Positions 37,354 to 46,951 of a stretch of DNA of 64,000 nt are shown here, piece after piece; the first letter of the stretch is position 1, and each line of letters begins with the position of its first letter. The notes under the pieces are model-generated. The model did not search any database and had not been told where the DNA came from. It worked only from the letters and a program-made list of their open reading frames with translations. Made by a program: the position numbers and the translations under genes. Origin of the DNA: Candidatus Sumerlaeia bacterium (lineage in GTDB: Bacteria; Sumerlaeota; Sumerlaeia; SLMS01; JANRJK01); assembly GCA_033764015.1 (NCBI GenBank), contig JANRJK010000039.1, positions 25,187 to 89,186 on the forward strand, written 5' to 3'.

Positions 37354-40215
37354 TCAGACCTTTCCGCCGCGCGCCGCTTGCAGGAGGTAGCGCCCCGTCA
37401 CGCTTTCCGGCACCGCCGCCACCTGCTCCGGCGTGCCCTCGGCGACCACGCGGCCGCCGAACTTGCCGCCGCCCGGGCCCATGTCCACGATGTAGTCGGC
37501 GCGGCGAAGGAACTCAAGGTGATGCTCGATCACCAGCAGCGAAAAACCGCTCTCCAGCAGCCGGTCGAACACTTCCAGCAGCGTCTCCAGGTCCGACGGG
37601 TGGAGCCCCGTGGTCGGCTCGTCGAAGAGCAGCAGCGTGCCGCGCTGCTTCTCCGCCGCCGCCAGGTGCCCTGCGATCTTCAGCCGCTGCGCCTCGCCCC
37701 CGGAAAGCGTCGAGGTGCTCTGCCCGAGCCGCAGGTAGCCGAGCCCAACGTCGGCGAGTGGCTTCAACCCCGCCTCGATCTTGCGGTCGCCGGCGAAGAA
37801 CGCGAGCGCCTCGCGCACCGTCATCGCGAGGATCTCGTTCACGTTCTTCTCCTTCCATCGGATGTCGAGCACGCGTTCCTGGAAGCGGGCGCCGTCGCAC
37901 TTCTCGCAGGTCACCTCGACGTCCGCGAGGAACAGCATCTCCACCGTCTGCGTGCCGGTGCCTTCGCAGGTTTCGCAGCGCCCGCCGGGCACGTTGAAGG
38001 AGAAGTCGCCCGGCTTGAGCCCGCGCGCCTTCGCTTCGCGCGTCGCGGCGAGCAGCGCGCGGATCTGGTCGTACGCCTTCAGGTACGTCGCCGCGTTGCT
38101 GCGGGTGCTGCGGGAGAGCGGCGACTGGTCGACAAGCACCATGTCGGCGACCCGGTCCAGTCCCGCGATGCGGGCCACGCGTCCCGTCTCCACGTCCGTG
38201 TCGCCCCGCTCGCGGCGGTAGTTGCCGTAGAGGCAGGCCTTGAGCAGCGTCGACTTCCCGCTCCCGCTCACGCCGGAGAGGCACCCGAGCACGCCGAGCG
38301 GCAGCCGGACCGTCAGGTTGCGGAGATTGTTCTCCTCCGCCCCCTCCACCGTGATCCAGCCGGTCGGCTTGCGGCGCCCGTGCGCGTCCTCCGCGGCGGC
38401 GTCCTTGGCCGGCTTGCCGCGCCGGCGACCCGCGAGTCCCGCGTCCAGGTACTTCGCCGTGACCGATTCGCCCGGCGAGGCGAGCAGGGCCTTCGGCGTG
38501 CCTTGGAACAGGAGGCGCCCGCCGCGTTCGCCCGCCTCCGGGCCGATGTCCAGCAGCCAGTCCGCCTCGCGCATCACTTCGAGGTCGTGCTCCACCAGCA
38601 CCACCGTATTGCCGAGCTCCACCAGCGAGCGGAGGATGCGCACCAGCCGGTCTGTGTCCACCGGGTGCAGGCCGACCGTCGGCTCGTCGAGCACGTAGAG
38701 CGTCTCCGTGAGCGCGCTGCCGAGCGCCGTGGCGAGGTTGATTCGCTGCGCCTCGCCGCCGCTCAGCGTGCGGGTCGCGCGCGCCAGCGTCAGGTACGAG
38801 AGGCCGACCTCGTTGAGGTACGCCAGCCGCGCGCGCACCGCGGAAAGCGGCCGCTCGAGCGCTTCCTCCGCCGCCGCCGGCAGCTTGAGCGAGCCGAACC
38901 AGTCGGCGAGGTCCCCGACGCTCATCGAGCACAGGTCGCCGAAGCCCGCCCCGCCGAAGCGCACCGCGCGCCCCGCCGCCCCGATGCGCGCGCCGCCGCA
39001 GGAGCCGCACGGCTCGAAGGAGCGGTAGCGCGCGATCATGATCCGCGACTGGACCTTGTAGCGCGTCTCCTCCAGCCACTTGAAGTAGCCCGACACGCCC
39101 GGCCACTTCCCCTTGCCGAACTTGATGATCGACTGCTGCTCCGGCGGAAGGTCGCGGAACGGCGCCTTCGCGGCGATCTTGAACTCCTTGCCGTTGAAGC
39201 GCGCGAAGTAGTCGTACATCTCGCGCCCCGTCTCGCCGTTCCAGCACGCGATGCAGCCGTCGTCGATCGACAGCGACGGGTTCGGAATCACCTTCCCCCA
39301 GTCGATGCCGGTGATGCGTCCGAATCCTTGGCACTCGGGGCAGGCGCCGAGCGGGTTGTTGAAGTTGAAGAGCGTCGGCTCCGGTTCGCGGTACGCGGCG
39401 CCGCAGGCGTTGCACGCGAAGGCGCGGTTGAAGTCGAGGCGCGCCCCGCCGTCGATGACCGCGGCGCAGCGGCCGCCCGCGAGCTGGAACGCCGCCTCGA
39501 CCGCCGTGGCGAGACGCGAGCGCGAGGAGTCCTTCGCCACCACGCGGTCGATCACCACGTCCACCGTCTCGAGCGCGTCGATGCGGGATGCGTCCAGCTC
39601 GTCCAGCTCCGTCGCGGCGCCGTCGATCCACACGCGGTCGTAGCCCTGCCGCCGAAGCTTCGCGGAGGCCGTCTCCGCGCCGCCGCCCTGCCGCATCGCC
39701 ACCGGCGCCAGCACGACGAGTTTGGCCCCCTCCCCGCGCGCAAGGAGCGCGTCGCACGCGGACTGTGGCGAATCGGCTCGGACTCGGGTGCCGCAGTTGG
39801 CGCAGAACACCTCGCCCGCCCGCCCGAACAGCAGGCGCAGGTAGTCGTTGATCTCCGTCGCCGTGCCGACCGTCGAGCGCGCGTTGCGCACGGTGTTCTT
39901 CTGCTCGAGCGCGATCGCGGGCGGGATGTGGTCGATCGAGTCGGCGTCGGGGCGCGCCATGCGGGCGAGGAACTGGCGCGCGTAGGTGGAGAGCGACTCG
40001 ACGTACCGTCGCTGGCCCTCTGCATAGAGCGTGTCGAAGGCGAGGGAGGACTTGCCGGAGCCCGAGACGCCGGTGACGACCGTCAGCCGCCCGGCGGGGA
40101 TGTCGCAGTCGATCCCCTTCAGGTTGTGGGTGCGCACGCCGCGCAGCGTGATCGGCGGCGCTTCGGGTTGCGGGGGCGGCGTCGGCTTGCGGGTGCGTGC
40201 CGCTTTCGTCGTCAT
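37354..40215 (-). CDS. uvrA: Excinuclease ABC subunit A (UvrA family, likely second-copy type)
   Basis: GVSGSGKSSLAFDTLYAEGQRRYVESLS, zinc-binding CxxC pairs, two LSGGEAQR signatures, DEPT, GPGGG..GG. Confidence 0.93.
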   Translation of the reverse strand: MTTKAARTRKPTPPPQPEAPPITLRGVRTHNLKGIDCDIPAGRLTVVTGVSGSGKSSLAFDTLYAEGQRRYVESLSTYARQFLARMARPDADSIDHIPPAIALEQKNTVRNARSTVGTATEINDYLRLLFGRAGEVFCANCGTRVRADSPQSACDALLARGEGAKLVVLAPVAMRQGGGAETASAKLRRQGYDRVWIDGAATELDELDASRIDALETVDVVIDRVVAKDSSRSRLATAVEAAFQLAGGRCAAVIDGGARLDFNRAFACNACGAAYREPEPTLFNFNNPLGACPECQGFGRITGIDWGKVIPNPSLSIDDGCIACWNGETGREMYDYFARFNGKEFKIAAKAPFRDLPPEQQSIIKFGKGKWPGVSGYFKWLEETRYKVQSRIMIARYRSFEPCGSCGGARIGAAGRAVRFGGAGFGDLCSMSVGDLADWFGSLKLPAAAEEALERPLSAVRARLAYLNEVGLSYLTLARATRTLSGGEAQRINLATALGSALTETLYVLDEPTVGLHPVDTDRLVRILRSLVELGNTVVLVEHDLEVMREADWLLDIGPEAGERGGRLLFQGTPKALLASPGESVTAKYLDAGLAGRRRGKPAKDAAAEDAHGRRKPTGWITVEGAEENNLRNLTVRLPLGVLGCLSGVSGSGKSTLLKACLYGNYRRERGDTDVETGRVARIAGLDRVADMVLVDQSPLSRSTRSNAATYLKAYDQIRALLAATREAKARGLKPGDFSFNVPGGRCETCEGTGTQTVEMLFLADVEVTCEKCDGARFQERVLDIRWKEKNVNEILAMTVREALAFFAGDRKIEAGLKPLADVGLGYLRLGQSTSTLSGGEAQRLKIAGHLAAAEKQRGTLLLFDEPTTGLHPSDLETLLEVFDRLLESGFSLLVIEHHLEFLRRADYIVDMGPGGGKFGGRVVAEGTPEQVAAVPESVTGRYLLQAARGGKV

Positions 40216-40293
40216 GGTGGCTGCGGTCCGGCGGGGTGGCTGAATGCACGGCGCCGGTCGGGGAGGCGCATCCCGTGCCGGACCGCGCGCGGG

Positions 40294-40719
40294 CTATTCG
40301 AGCGAGAAGGGGATGGTGCCGTCGGGGTTGCGCCGGGTCTTCGCGGAGGCGCCGTACAACTCCTCCTCGTAGAGCGTGTCGTTGCCCTTCGCACCCTCCG
40401 GCTTCGCATCCGCGGCCGGCGGCGCGTGGTGGCCCTCGTGCGCGGTCGCGGCGCCGCTCAGCAGCGCGCAGATCGAGTGCAACTGCCCGGCGACGCACAC
40501 CGCGTCCTTGTACTTCAGGTTGCGCGGCGACATGTCGCGCATCTCGCGGAGGATGCCGTTGCCGGCGAAGACCTGCTTCGCCTCCGCGAGCAGCGCGTTG
40601 AACGCGTCGGAGGTCTCGGAGTCCACCACGTTCACCGGGTTCAGGTGGGTCACGAAGCGGATGTCGTCGTAGAGCTGCTTGGTCAGGTAGTAGAGGACGG
40701 TGCGGGAGTCTGCGGGCAT
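40294..40719 (-). CDS. Hypothetical protein (~141 aa)
   Basis: Helical N-domain, low-complexity linker, charged tail ending RRNPDGTIPFSLE. Co-directional in the operon. Alternative GTG start at 40731. Confidence 0.7.
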   Translation of the reverse strand: MPADSRTVLYYLTKQLYDDIRFVTHLNPVNVVDSETSDAFNALLAEAKQVFAGNGILREMRDMSPRNLKYKDAVCVAGQLHSICALLSGAATAHEGHHAPPAADAKPEGAKGNDTLYEEELYGASAKTRRNPDGTIPFSLE

Positions 40720-40743
40720 TGCCGGTGGCACCCTTCCGCGGAG

Positions 40744-41874
40744 CTAGTCCGCCAAGGCGGTTTCAATTCGTCCCCGCAAGCGTGGAGACGGCGCGGGAGC
40801 ATTGCCAAGGGCAGATTCGGCGGCGGCTCCGAGGAGGCCGCGGCGCCCCTTCGCGCGGGCCATCCGCAAGGGCCAGGCGGTGGCTCCCCCCGCGCGCAGC
40901 CGCGCCACCCGCGCAAGATCCGACAGCACACCGGTCGCGCTGCTCTCGGCGCCTGCGCCGGGGCCGCTGAGGAAGATCCCGCCGGCCTCCGCGGTATCGA
41001 TCCAAAGGCCGTTCCGCACGCCGTTGAGCTGCCCGAGCGGATGCGTCCGCGGGATGTACGCCGGGCGCACCGCGAGGCGCAGCCGGCCGTCCCGAAGCTC
41101 CGCGCTCGCCAGCAGCCGCAGCGCCAGCCGGTGCTCCAGCCCGTCGAGGATCTCGGACGGCGTCACGTGGCGGATGCCCGTGGTCGCCACGTCCTCCGGG
41201 CGAACCTCCTGGCCGAAGCAGAGCTGCGCCAGCACACAGAGCTTCTGCGCGGCGTCGTGCCCGTCCACATCCAGCGACGGGTCAGCCTCCGCGTAGCCGA
41301 GCGCCGAGGCCTCGGCCAAGGCTTCGCCGAACGTCATCCCGGCGCGCTCCGCCATCGAACTCAGGATGAAGTTCGTCGTTCCGTTCACCACGCCGTGGAC
41401 CGAGCGGACGCGGCACACGCCGAGGCTGTCCTCGATCACGTCGATCACCGGGGTGCCCGCGCCCACGGCCGTCTCGAAGAAGAGGAGGCGTCCCGCCGCC
41501 TCCGCGCGCGCCGCGAGCTCCGGGCCCCGGTGCGCCAGGAGCGCCTTGTTCGCCGTCACCACGTCGCGTCCGACGCCGATCGCGGCGGCCACCAGCGCGC
41601 CCGCGCGGTCGACCCCGCCGATCAGCTCCACCACGACGTCCGCATCCGCCGCCGCCAGCTCCTCGAGCGTCCCGGCCATGCGCACCGAATCGGGGAGTGC
41701 GAGCCCGCGCGCCTTCCCCGGGTCGCGGACGCACACCGCCGCCAGCTCGAGTCGGAGCGGCGACACCGCATGCACTGGATGCGAGGGATCCAGCAGCCAC
41801 TCCGCGACCTTGCCTCCGACGCAGCCGAGGCCCGCGAGCGCGATCCGCAGCGTCCGCCGCGCGGCGCCGCTCAC
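40744..41874 (-). CDS. hom: Homoserine dehydrogenase (no evident ACT domain)
   Basis: GLGCVG, VVELIGG, VVTANK, FETAVGAGTP, NGTTNFIL, GYAEADPSLDVDGHDAAQK, GPGAG. Confidence 0.93.
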   Translation of the reverse strand: MSGAARRTLRIALAGLGCVGGKVAEWLLDPSHPVHAVSPLRLELAAVCVRDPGKARGLALPDSVRMAGTLEELAAADADVVVELIGGVDRAGALVAAAIGVGRDVVTANKALLAHRGPELAARAEAAGRLLFFETAVGAGTPVIDVIEDSLGVCRVRSVHGVVNGTTNFILSSMAERAGMTFGEALAEASALGYAEADPSLDVDGHDAAQKLCVLAQLCFGQEVRPEDVATTGIRHVTPSEILDGLEHRLALRLLASAELRDGRLRLAVRPAYIPRTHPLGQLNGVRNGLWIDTAEAGGIFLSGPGAGAESSATGVLSDLARVARLRAGGATAWPLRMARAKGRRGLLGAAAESALGNAPAPSPRLRGRIETALAD

Positions 41875-42842
41875 GCCGGCTTCTTTCCGGACTTCTTCGC
41901 CGCCGGCTCCCGCAGCGCCAGCGTCCTCGAAGACACCTTCGGCAGCGACGTCATCGAGGCGACGACCGCGAGGCGCTCGGCGATGTCCTCGGAGGTGAGC
42001 TTCGTGATGCGCTTCACGCTGAAGTCCTCCACCGCGAAGCTCGCCATCACGCAGCCGACCTGCGTCGCGCGGACCAGGTTGTCCTCGGTGACCTTCCCGA
42101 GCCTCGCCAGGTAGCCCACCATCGAGGCCGCGAACGTGTCGCCGGCCCCCGTCGGGTCCTTCACCTTCCGCACCGGGAACGCCGGGATCGCGACGATGCG
42201 CTCGGGGAAGACCACCAAAGCGCCGTGCTCGCCCTTCTTCACGATGACCGCCTTCGGCCCCATCTTGCGGACCGCGAGCGCCGCCTCGATCGTGTTGCTC
42301 GTTTCTGTGAACATGCGCGCTTCCTGGTCGTTGATCATCATCACGTCCGCGCGCTTCACCACCTTGGTCAGCTCCGCCTTGCTGCCCTCGATCCAGAAGT
42401 TCATCGTGTCCACCACGACCAGCTTCGGCGATTCCATCTGGGCGAACACGTGCATCTGCAGCGCCGGGTGGATGTTCGCCAGGAACACGAAGGGCGAGCG
42501 GCGCTGCGCTTCGGTGAGCTTCGGGCTGAACTGCTCGAACACGTTCAGCGCCGTCGTCGTGGTGAACGCCGTCCCCATGTCGCGCTCGTAGTAACCGTGC
42601 CAGCGGAAGGTCTCGCCCTCGCGCACCTCGAGCCCGGACAGGTCCACCCCGCGCGATTGCAGCAGCGCGAGGTGCTTCTTCGGAAAGTCGGTGCCCACGA
42701 TTCCCACCAGCGACACGTCGGAGAAGAGGCTCGCCGCGATGCTTCCGTAGGAAGCGGAGCCCCCGAGAACTTCCTTCACATCCCCGTGGGGCGTGGAGAT
42801 GGAGTCGAGGCCGATGGATCCGACAATCAGGGTGGAGGGCAC
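41871..42842 (-). CDS. PfkB-family sugar kinase
   Basis: GGSASY, DTMNFWI, INDQEA, KKGEHGA, DPTGAGDTFA. Confidence 0.9.
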   Translation of the reverse strand: MPSTLIVGSIGLDSISTPHGDVKEVLGGSASYGSIAASLFSDVSLVGIVGTDFPKKHLALLQSRGVDLSGLEVREGETFRWHGYYERDMGTAFTTTTALNVFEQFSPKLTEAQRRSPFVFLANIHPALQMHVFAQMESPKLVVVDTMNFWIEGSKAELTKVVKRADVMMINDQEARMFTETSNTIEAALAVRKMGPKAVIVKKGEHGALVVFPERIVAIPAFPVRKVKDPTGAGDTFAASMVGYLARLGKVTEDNLVRATQVGCVMASFAVEDFSVKRITKLTSEDIAERLAVVASMTSLPKVSSRTLALREPAAKKSGKKPA

Positions 42843-42927
42843 ATGCGATCCTTGGTCCCCGGCGTGGCGGGGGGGCTGGCGCGCGCGAGGCGCGAACCGC
42901 TTAGGGCGCGGCAGCGCGCGCCGCGGG

Positions 42928-43962
42928 TCAAGGAGTAGGGGGCGCGGGCTCTTCCTCGACCACCGTGCGGTCGCCGAGGACGATCGGCAGCCAAAGCGCG
43001 TAGAGCGAGAAGCCCCCGTCGCGCCGTCCCCAGCCGAGCATGCCCCACAGCGGGCCGTGGCGCGAGTCGTCCGCGCGGCCGTCCTCGGTCCGTGTGCGGC
43101 TCGAATGCCAGAGGATGCCGCCTCCGAGCGAGCGGCCCCGCTTGGTCCAACGCGCCGCGCCTTCCTCGCGCGTCTCGCCCGGACGCGCCGTGTGGACCGT
43201 GCGCCCGGAATAGCCCAGCCAGCCGATCAGCGGGCCGTGCGCCCACAGGTTCCGGCGCTCGTCCCCGCGCCCGATCGTGTCGAAGTCGTAGCTGGTCCAG
43301 GCCAGCGCGCCCGGGAGGCCTCCCGCCATCAACGGCAGCACCACGTATCCGCTCACGTCCGTCTGGGGGATCGGCTCCGCTTCCGTGCCGCCGAGCTGTT
43401 GGGCGGCGTCGAAGCGGGTCGAGGCGTAGAACGGGCCGAGGGTCCAGAGGTGCGTCGCCGCGTTGAACCGTCCCGCGTACCGCTCCGATTCCACGCCGAC
43501 CCGGCTGAAGAGCAGCGGCACGCCGTAGGCCCGCACCTTGGGCGCGTCCGGCTTGCGGTCCGCCTCCGAAACGCCGGTCCAGAACGGCGACCATGTGAAG
43601 CGGAAGCCCGAGCTCGACTCCGCACCGCGCTGGAACTCCGCCGACTTCACCGAAATCCAGAGCGGCGCATTGAAAAGGATGAAGACACCCAGGTCGTGCC
43701 AACGCACCGAGGTGTAGTCCGCTTCCGTGGCGTCCTCGTTGAACACCCACTGCTTGATCGTCACCTGGTTAGGCAGCAGCCAGAACGAGGTGTTTCCGCC
43801 CTGCTTCGGTTTCGCCTCGTCGGCCCGCGTCCAGTACTCGTCCACAAGCGGTTCGCCGAGCCCCGGCGCGACACGGGTTCCGAGCGTCGGCGCTCCGGTG
43901 CGGATCGAGCAGCCGGCGAGCAACGGCAGGATGGCGAGCGGGAGGAATCGGCGCAGGGTCAC
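42928..43962 (-). CDS. Hypothetical lipoprotein, Trp/Gly/Pro-rich repeats
   Basis: VTLRRFLPLAILPLLAG-C lipobox. Recurrent units WTLGPFY, LWAHGPLIGWLGY, RHGPLWGMLGWG. Confidence 0.7.
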   Translation of the reverse strand: MTLRRFLPLAILPLLAGCSIRTGAPTLGTRVAPGLGEPLVDEYWTRADEAKPKQGGNTSFWLLPNQVTIKQWVFNEDATEADYTSVRWHDLGVFILFNAPLWISVKSAEFQRGAESSSGFRFTWSPFWTGVSEADRKPDAPKVRAYGVPLLFSRVGVESERYAGRFNAATHLWTLGPFYASTRFDAAQQLGGTEAEPIPQTDVSGYVVLPLMAGGLPGALAWTSYDFDTIGRGDERRNLWAHGPLIGWLGYSGRTVHTARPGETREEGAARWTKRGRSLGGGILWHSSRTRTEDGRADDSRHGPLWGMLGWGRRDGGFSLYALWLPIVLGDRTVVEEEPAPPTP

Positions 43963-44120
43963 AGGGCGTCCTTGGAGTGAAGTCGACACGAGCAGAGTGC
44001 GGAGGAGCGTGGCGACGCAAGCGCGGGAATGGGGCGGAGCCGCCCCCTCGGCGATATCCGTTGTCCAACCTCCCGCGGTATGGCCCTCTGCGTTGGCAAC
44101 CCACCACTTGGAACGCGCGC

Positions 44121-46175
44121 ATGGATCCGACCGCAAGCACCCGGGAAATCTACTGGAACATCAACATCCCGGAGCCTTGGCGGACCATCATCGTCGTGCT
44201 CCTCGGGTTCGTCCCGCTGGTGATCGTCGTCCGGGCGCTGCGCGCGCGATGGCTCGAATGGAAGTCCGTCGGCGCCCTCGACGAACTCCCCCCCCGCAGC
44301 GAGTGGCCCGACCGCGCGAAACGCACGCTCCTCGCCACGCTCGGGCAGACCCGCGTGCGCCGCCGCAAGCTCGGCGGCTGGACGCACACCGCTTTCTTCT
44401 ACAGCTTCATCACCCTCTTCATCGGCACGTGCATCGTCGCCTTCCAGCACGATTTCGCACAGCCGGTGCTCGGCTGGTACTTCTTCCAAGGGTTCTTCTA
44501 CGAAATCTACTCGGCGACCCTCGAAGTCGCCGGGGTCGTGGGCATCATCGCGGTGTCGCTTGCGCTCCACCGGCGCTACGTCTCCAAGCCGAAGCACCTC
44601 GGCGGCAGCATCGACTGGGTTCCGTCGCTCTGGTGGCTGCAAGCGGTGCTCGTCACGGGGTTCCTGCTCGAGGGCGCGCGCATCTCCGGCACCGGCTTCC
44701 CGGAGTTCGAACGGACCGCCTCCTTCGTTGGCTACCTGATCGGCACGCTGATCCCGCAGGACGCCGCCGCCTCGATCCATTTGGTGATCTGGTGGGGTCA
44801 CTTCGCCATTTCGCTCGCGTTCCTCGCCACCTTCGGCGGCGCGGCGATGGGGCACGTGGCCAATTCCGCGGTGAACATCTTCCTCGCGCGGCCGCTCCCC
44901 GGGTCCGCGCCGAGGCCCATCGAGAACATCGAGGAAGCGGAGGTCTTCGGCGTCCTCACGGTGGACCAGTTCCGCCGCGCGCACCTTCGCGACGCCGACG
45001 TCTGCGTCCAGTGCGGACGCTGCGTCGAGGTCTGCCCGGCCAACATCACCGGCAAGCCGCTCAGCCCGAAGAAGATCGTCAACGACGTCCGCGACGCCTG
45101 GCGCGAGCAGCTCCTGCACCCCGCGCCAAACCTGGTCGAGCTGGTCGGCCGCGAGGACGGCAACAAGATCGACCCGGACGAGATCTGGTCCTGCACCACC
45201 TGCGGCGCGTGCGAGCGCGAATGCCCGGTCCACATCGAGATCGTCGAGAAGATCGTCGAGCTGCGCCGCGGCCAGACGCTGATGAAGTCCGAGTTCCCCC
45301 CCGAGATGCAGCTGGCGTTCACGAACCTCGAGCAGCAGGGCAACCCGTGGGGGAAGCCCGCCGACGAGCGCGGCAAGTGGACCGAGGAACTGGAAGCGGA
45401 GCAGTTCCACGTCCCGGTCGTCGGCGAGCCGGAGGCGGAGGGCGCCGAGTACCTGTTCTGGGTGGGGTGCGCGGGATCCTTCGACGCCAAGGGGCAGCGG
45501 ACCTCGCGGGCGCTGGCGCGCCTGATGCGCCGCGCAGGGATCAAGTTCGCCATCCTTGGCCCGATGGAGACCTGCACCGGCGACCCAGCGCTGCGCTCCG
45601 GCAACGAGTACCTCTACCAGGTCCTCGCCAAGCAGAACATCGAGACGCTCCAGTCCGCCCCGAAGAAGATCGTCACCGCGTGCCCGCACTGCCTGCAGAC
45701 GATCAAGAAGGACTACGCGCTGCTGGGTGGCGGGTTCGACATTGTGCACCACTCGGAGCTGCTGTCGGAGCTGCTCGAAGCCGGGCGCATCCCGAAGGGG
45801 TCCGCGGACGTCGACGCGGTGATCCACGACTCGTGCTACCTGAGCCGGCACAACGGCATCACGGAGCAGCCACGCGCCGTGGCCGAGGCCGCGGCCGGCG
45901 GCAGGGCCGCCAAGGAGCCCGCGCGCTGCGGCGAGAAGGGCCTCTGTTGCGGAGCCGGCGGAGGGCGCATGTGGATGGAAGAAAAGCTCGGCCACAAGAA
46001 TGTGAGCGAAGAGCGCGCCGGCGAGCTGCTCGCAACGGGCGCCTCTACGGTCGTGGTGGCCTGCCCATTCTGCAAGACGATGGTCGGCGACGGCGCCAAG
46101 AAGGTGGCTCCCGACCAGCAGGTGGAGATCATGGACATCGCGGAACTGCTCGAGAAGGGGCTGGAGGGGAAGTAG
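44121..46175 (+). CDS. Membrane Fe-S oxidoreductase (FadF/HdrD-like; TM domain + 2x[4Fe-4S] + CCG domains)
   Basis: About five TMs with His residues, CVQCGRCVEVCP, CTTCGACERECP, WVGC, CTG, TACPHC, HDSCYL.R.N, CCGAGGG, ACPFC. Confidence 0.88.
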   Translation: MDPTASTREIYWNINIPEPWRTIIVVLLGFVPLVIVVRALRARWLEWKSVGALDELPPRSEWPDRAKRTLLATLGQTRVRRRKLGGWTHTAFFYSFITLFIGTCIVAFQHDFAQPVLGWYFFQGFFYEIYSATLEVAGVVGIIAVSLALHRRYVSKPKHLGGSIDWVPSLWWLQAVLVTGFLLEGARISGTGFPEFERTASFVGYLIGTLIPQDAAASIHLVIWWGHFAISLAFLATFGGAAMGHVANSAVNIFLARPLPGSAPRPIENIEEAEVFGVLTVDQFRRAHLRDADVCVQCGRCVEVCPANITGKPLSPKKIVNDVRDAWREQLLHPAPNLVELVGREDGNKIDPDEIWSCTTCGACERECPVHIEIVEKIVELRRGQTLMKSEFPPEMQLAFTNLEQQGNPWGKPADERGKWTEELEAEQFHVPVVGEPEAEGAEYLFWVGCAGSFDAKGQRTSRALARLMRRAGIKFAILGPMETCTGDPALRSGNEYLYQVLAKQNIETLQSAPKKIVTACPHCLQTIKKDYALLGGGFDIVHHSELLSELLEAGRIPKGSADVDAVIHDSCYLSRHNGITEQPRAVAEAAAGGRAAKEPARCGEKGLCCGAGGGRMWMEEKLGHKNVSEERAGELLATGASTVVVACPFCKTMVGDGAKKVAPDQQVEIMDIAELLEKGLEGK

Positions 46176-46218
46176 GGCGCGCCGCGCTGGTGGCACACCG
46201 CTTGCCCCTAACGATTGC

Positions 46219-46950
46219 ATGAGCGCTCCGTCCCCCGCCCCGGCCACCGCCGAACCGTCCTCCGCGTCGCGAACCGCCGTCGAACTTCGCGCAGTCGAGA
46301 AGTCCTACCCCGGCCCAGATGGCGGTGCCCCGGTGTCGGTCCTGCGCGGAGTGACGCTGGACTTCGCCGAGGGGTCGTTCGTAGCTCTGATGGGAGCATC
46401 CGGCAGCGGCAAGACCACGCTACTGAACCTGATCGGCGGCCTCGATGCGCCGGACGAAGGCACGATCCGGCTGGACGGCACGGATTACGCGCACTTCGAC
46501 GACGACGGGCGCAGCGAGTTCCGGCTCCGCCACATCGGCTTCATCTTCCAGTTCTTCAACCTGCTTCCGAACCTGACGGTGCGCGAGAACATCGCGCTGC
46601 CGGTGCTCCTGCTGCGCAGGAGCGAACGCGACGCCCGCGATGCCGCCGCGCGCATGGCGGAAGAGGTCGGCCTCGGGAACAAGCTCGACCGCATGGCGCA
46701 CCAGCTTTCCGGCGGCGAGATGCAACGCGTCGCCATCGCCCGCGCGCTCGTTCACGGCCCGCGGCTCCTGCTCGCCGACGAGCCCACCGGGAACCTCGAT
46801 TCGAAGACCGGCGAAACGATACTCGGCCTTGTCCGCGCGCTGGCCGCCTCGCACGGCGCAACCGTCGTGATGGCGACGCACGATGCGAGCGCCGCGGCCG
46901 CCGCCGACTACACGATCCATATGCGCGACGGCCGCGTCGTCGCCTCCTGA
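46219..46950 (+). CDS. ABC transporter ATP-binding protein (LolD/MacB-like)
   Basis: GASGSGKTT, IGFIFQFFNLL, LSGGEMQRVAIARAL, LADEPTGNLD, ATHD. Confidence 0.93.
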   Translation: MSAPSPAPATAEPSSASRTAVELRAVEKSYPGPDGGAPVSVLRGVTLDFAEGSFVALMGASGSGKTTLLNLIGGLDAPDEGTIRLDGTDYAHFDDDGRSEFRLRHIGFIFQFFNLLPNLTVRENIALPVLLLRRSERDARDAAARMAEEVGLGNKLDRMAHQLSGGEMQRVAIARALVHGPRLLLADEPTGNLDSKTGETILGLVRALAASHGATVVMATHDASAAAAADYTIHMRDGRVVAS

Positions 46951-46951
46951 C

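Noticed and set aside
36886-42114. 1742-aa plus-strand ORF
   Set aside because: Antisense shadow of polX/uvrA/hom/pfkB. It is Arg/Ala/Gly-rich with no motifs, and long stop-free antisense frames are expected at this GC content.
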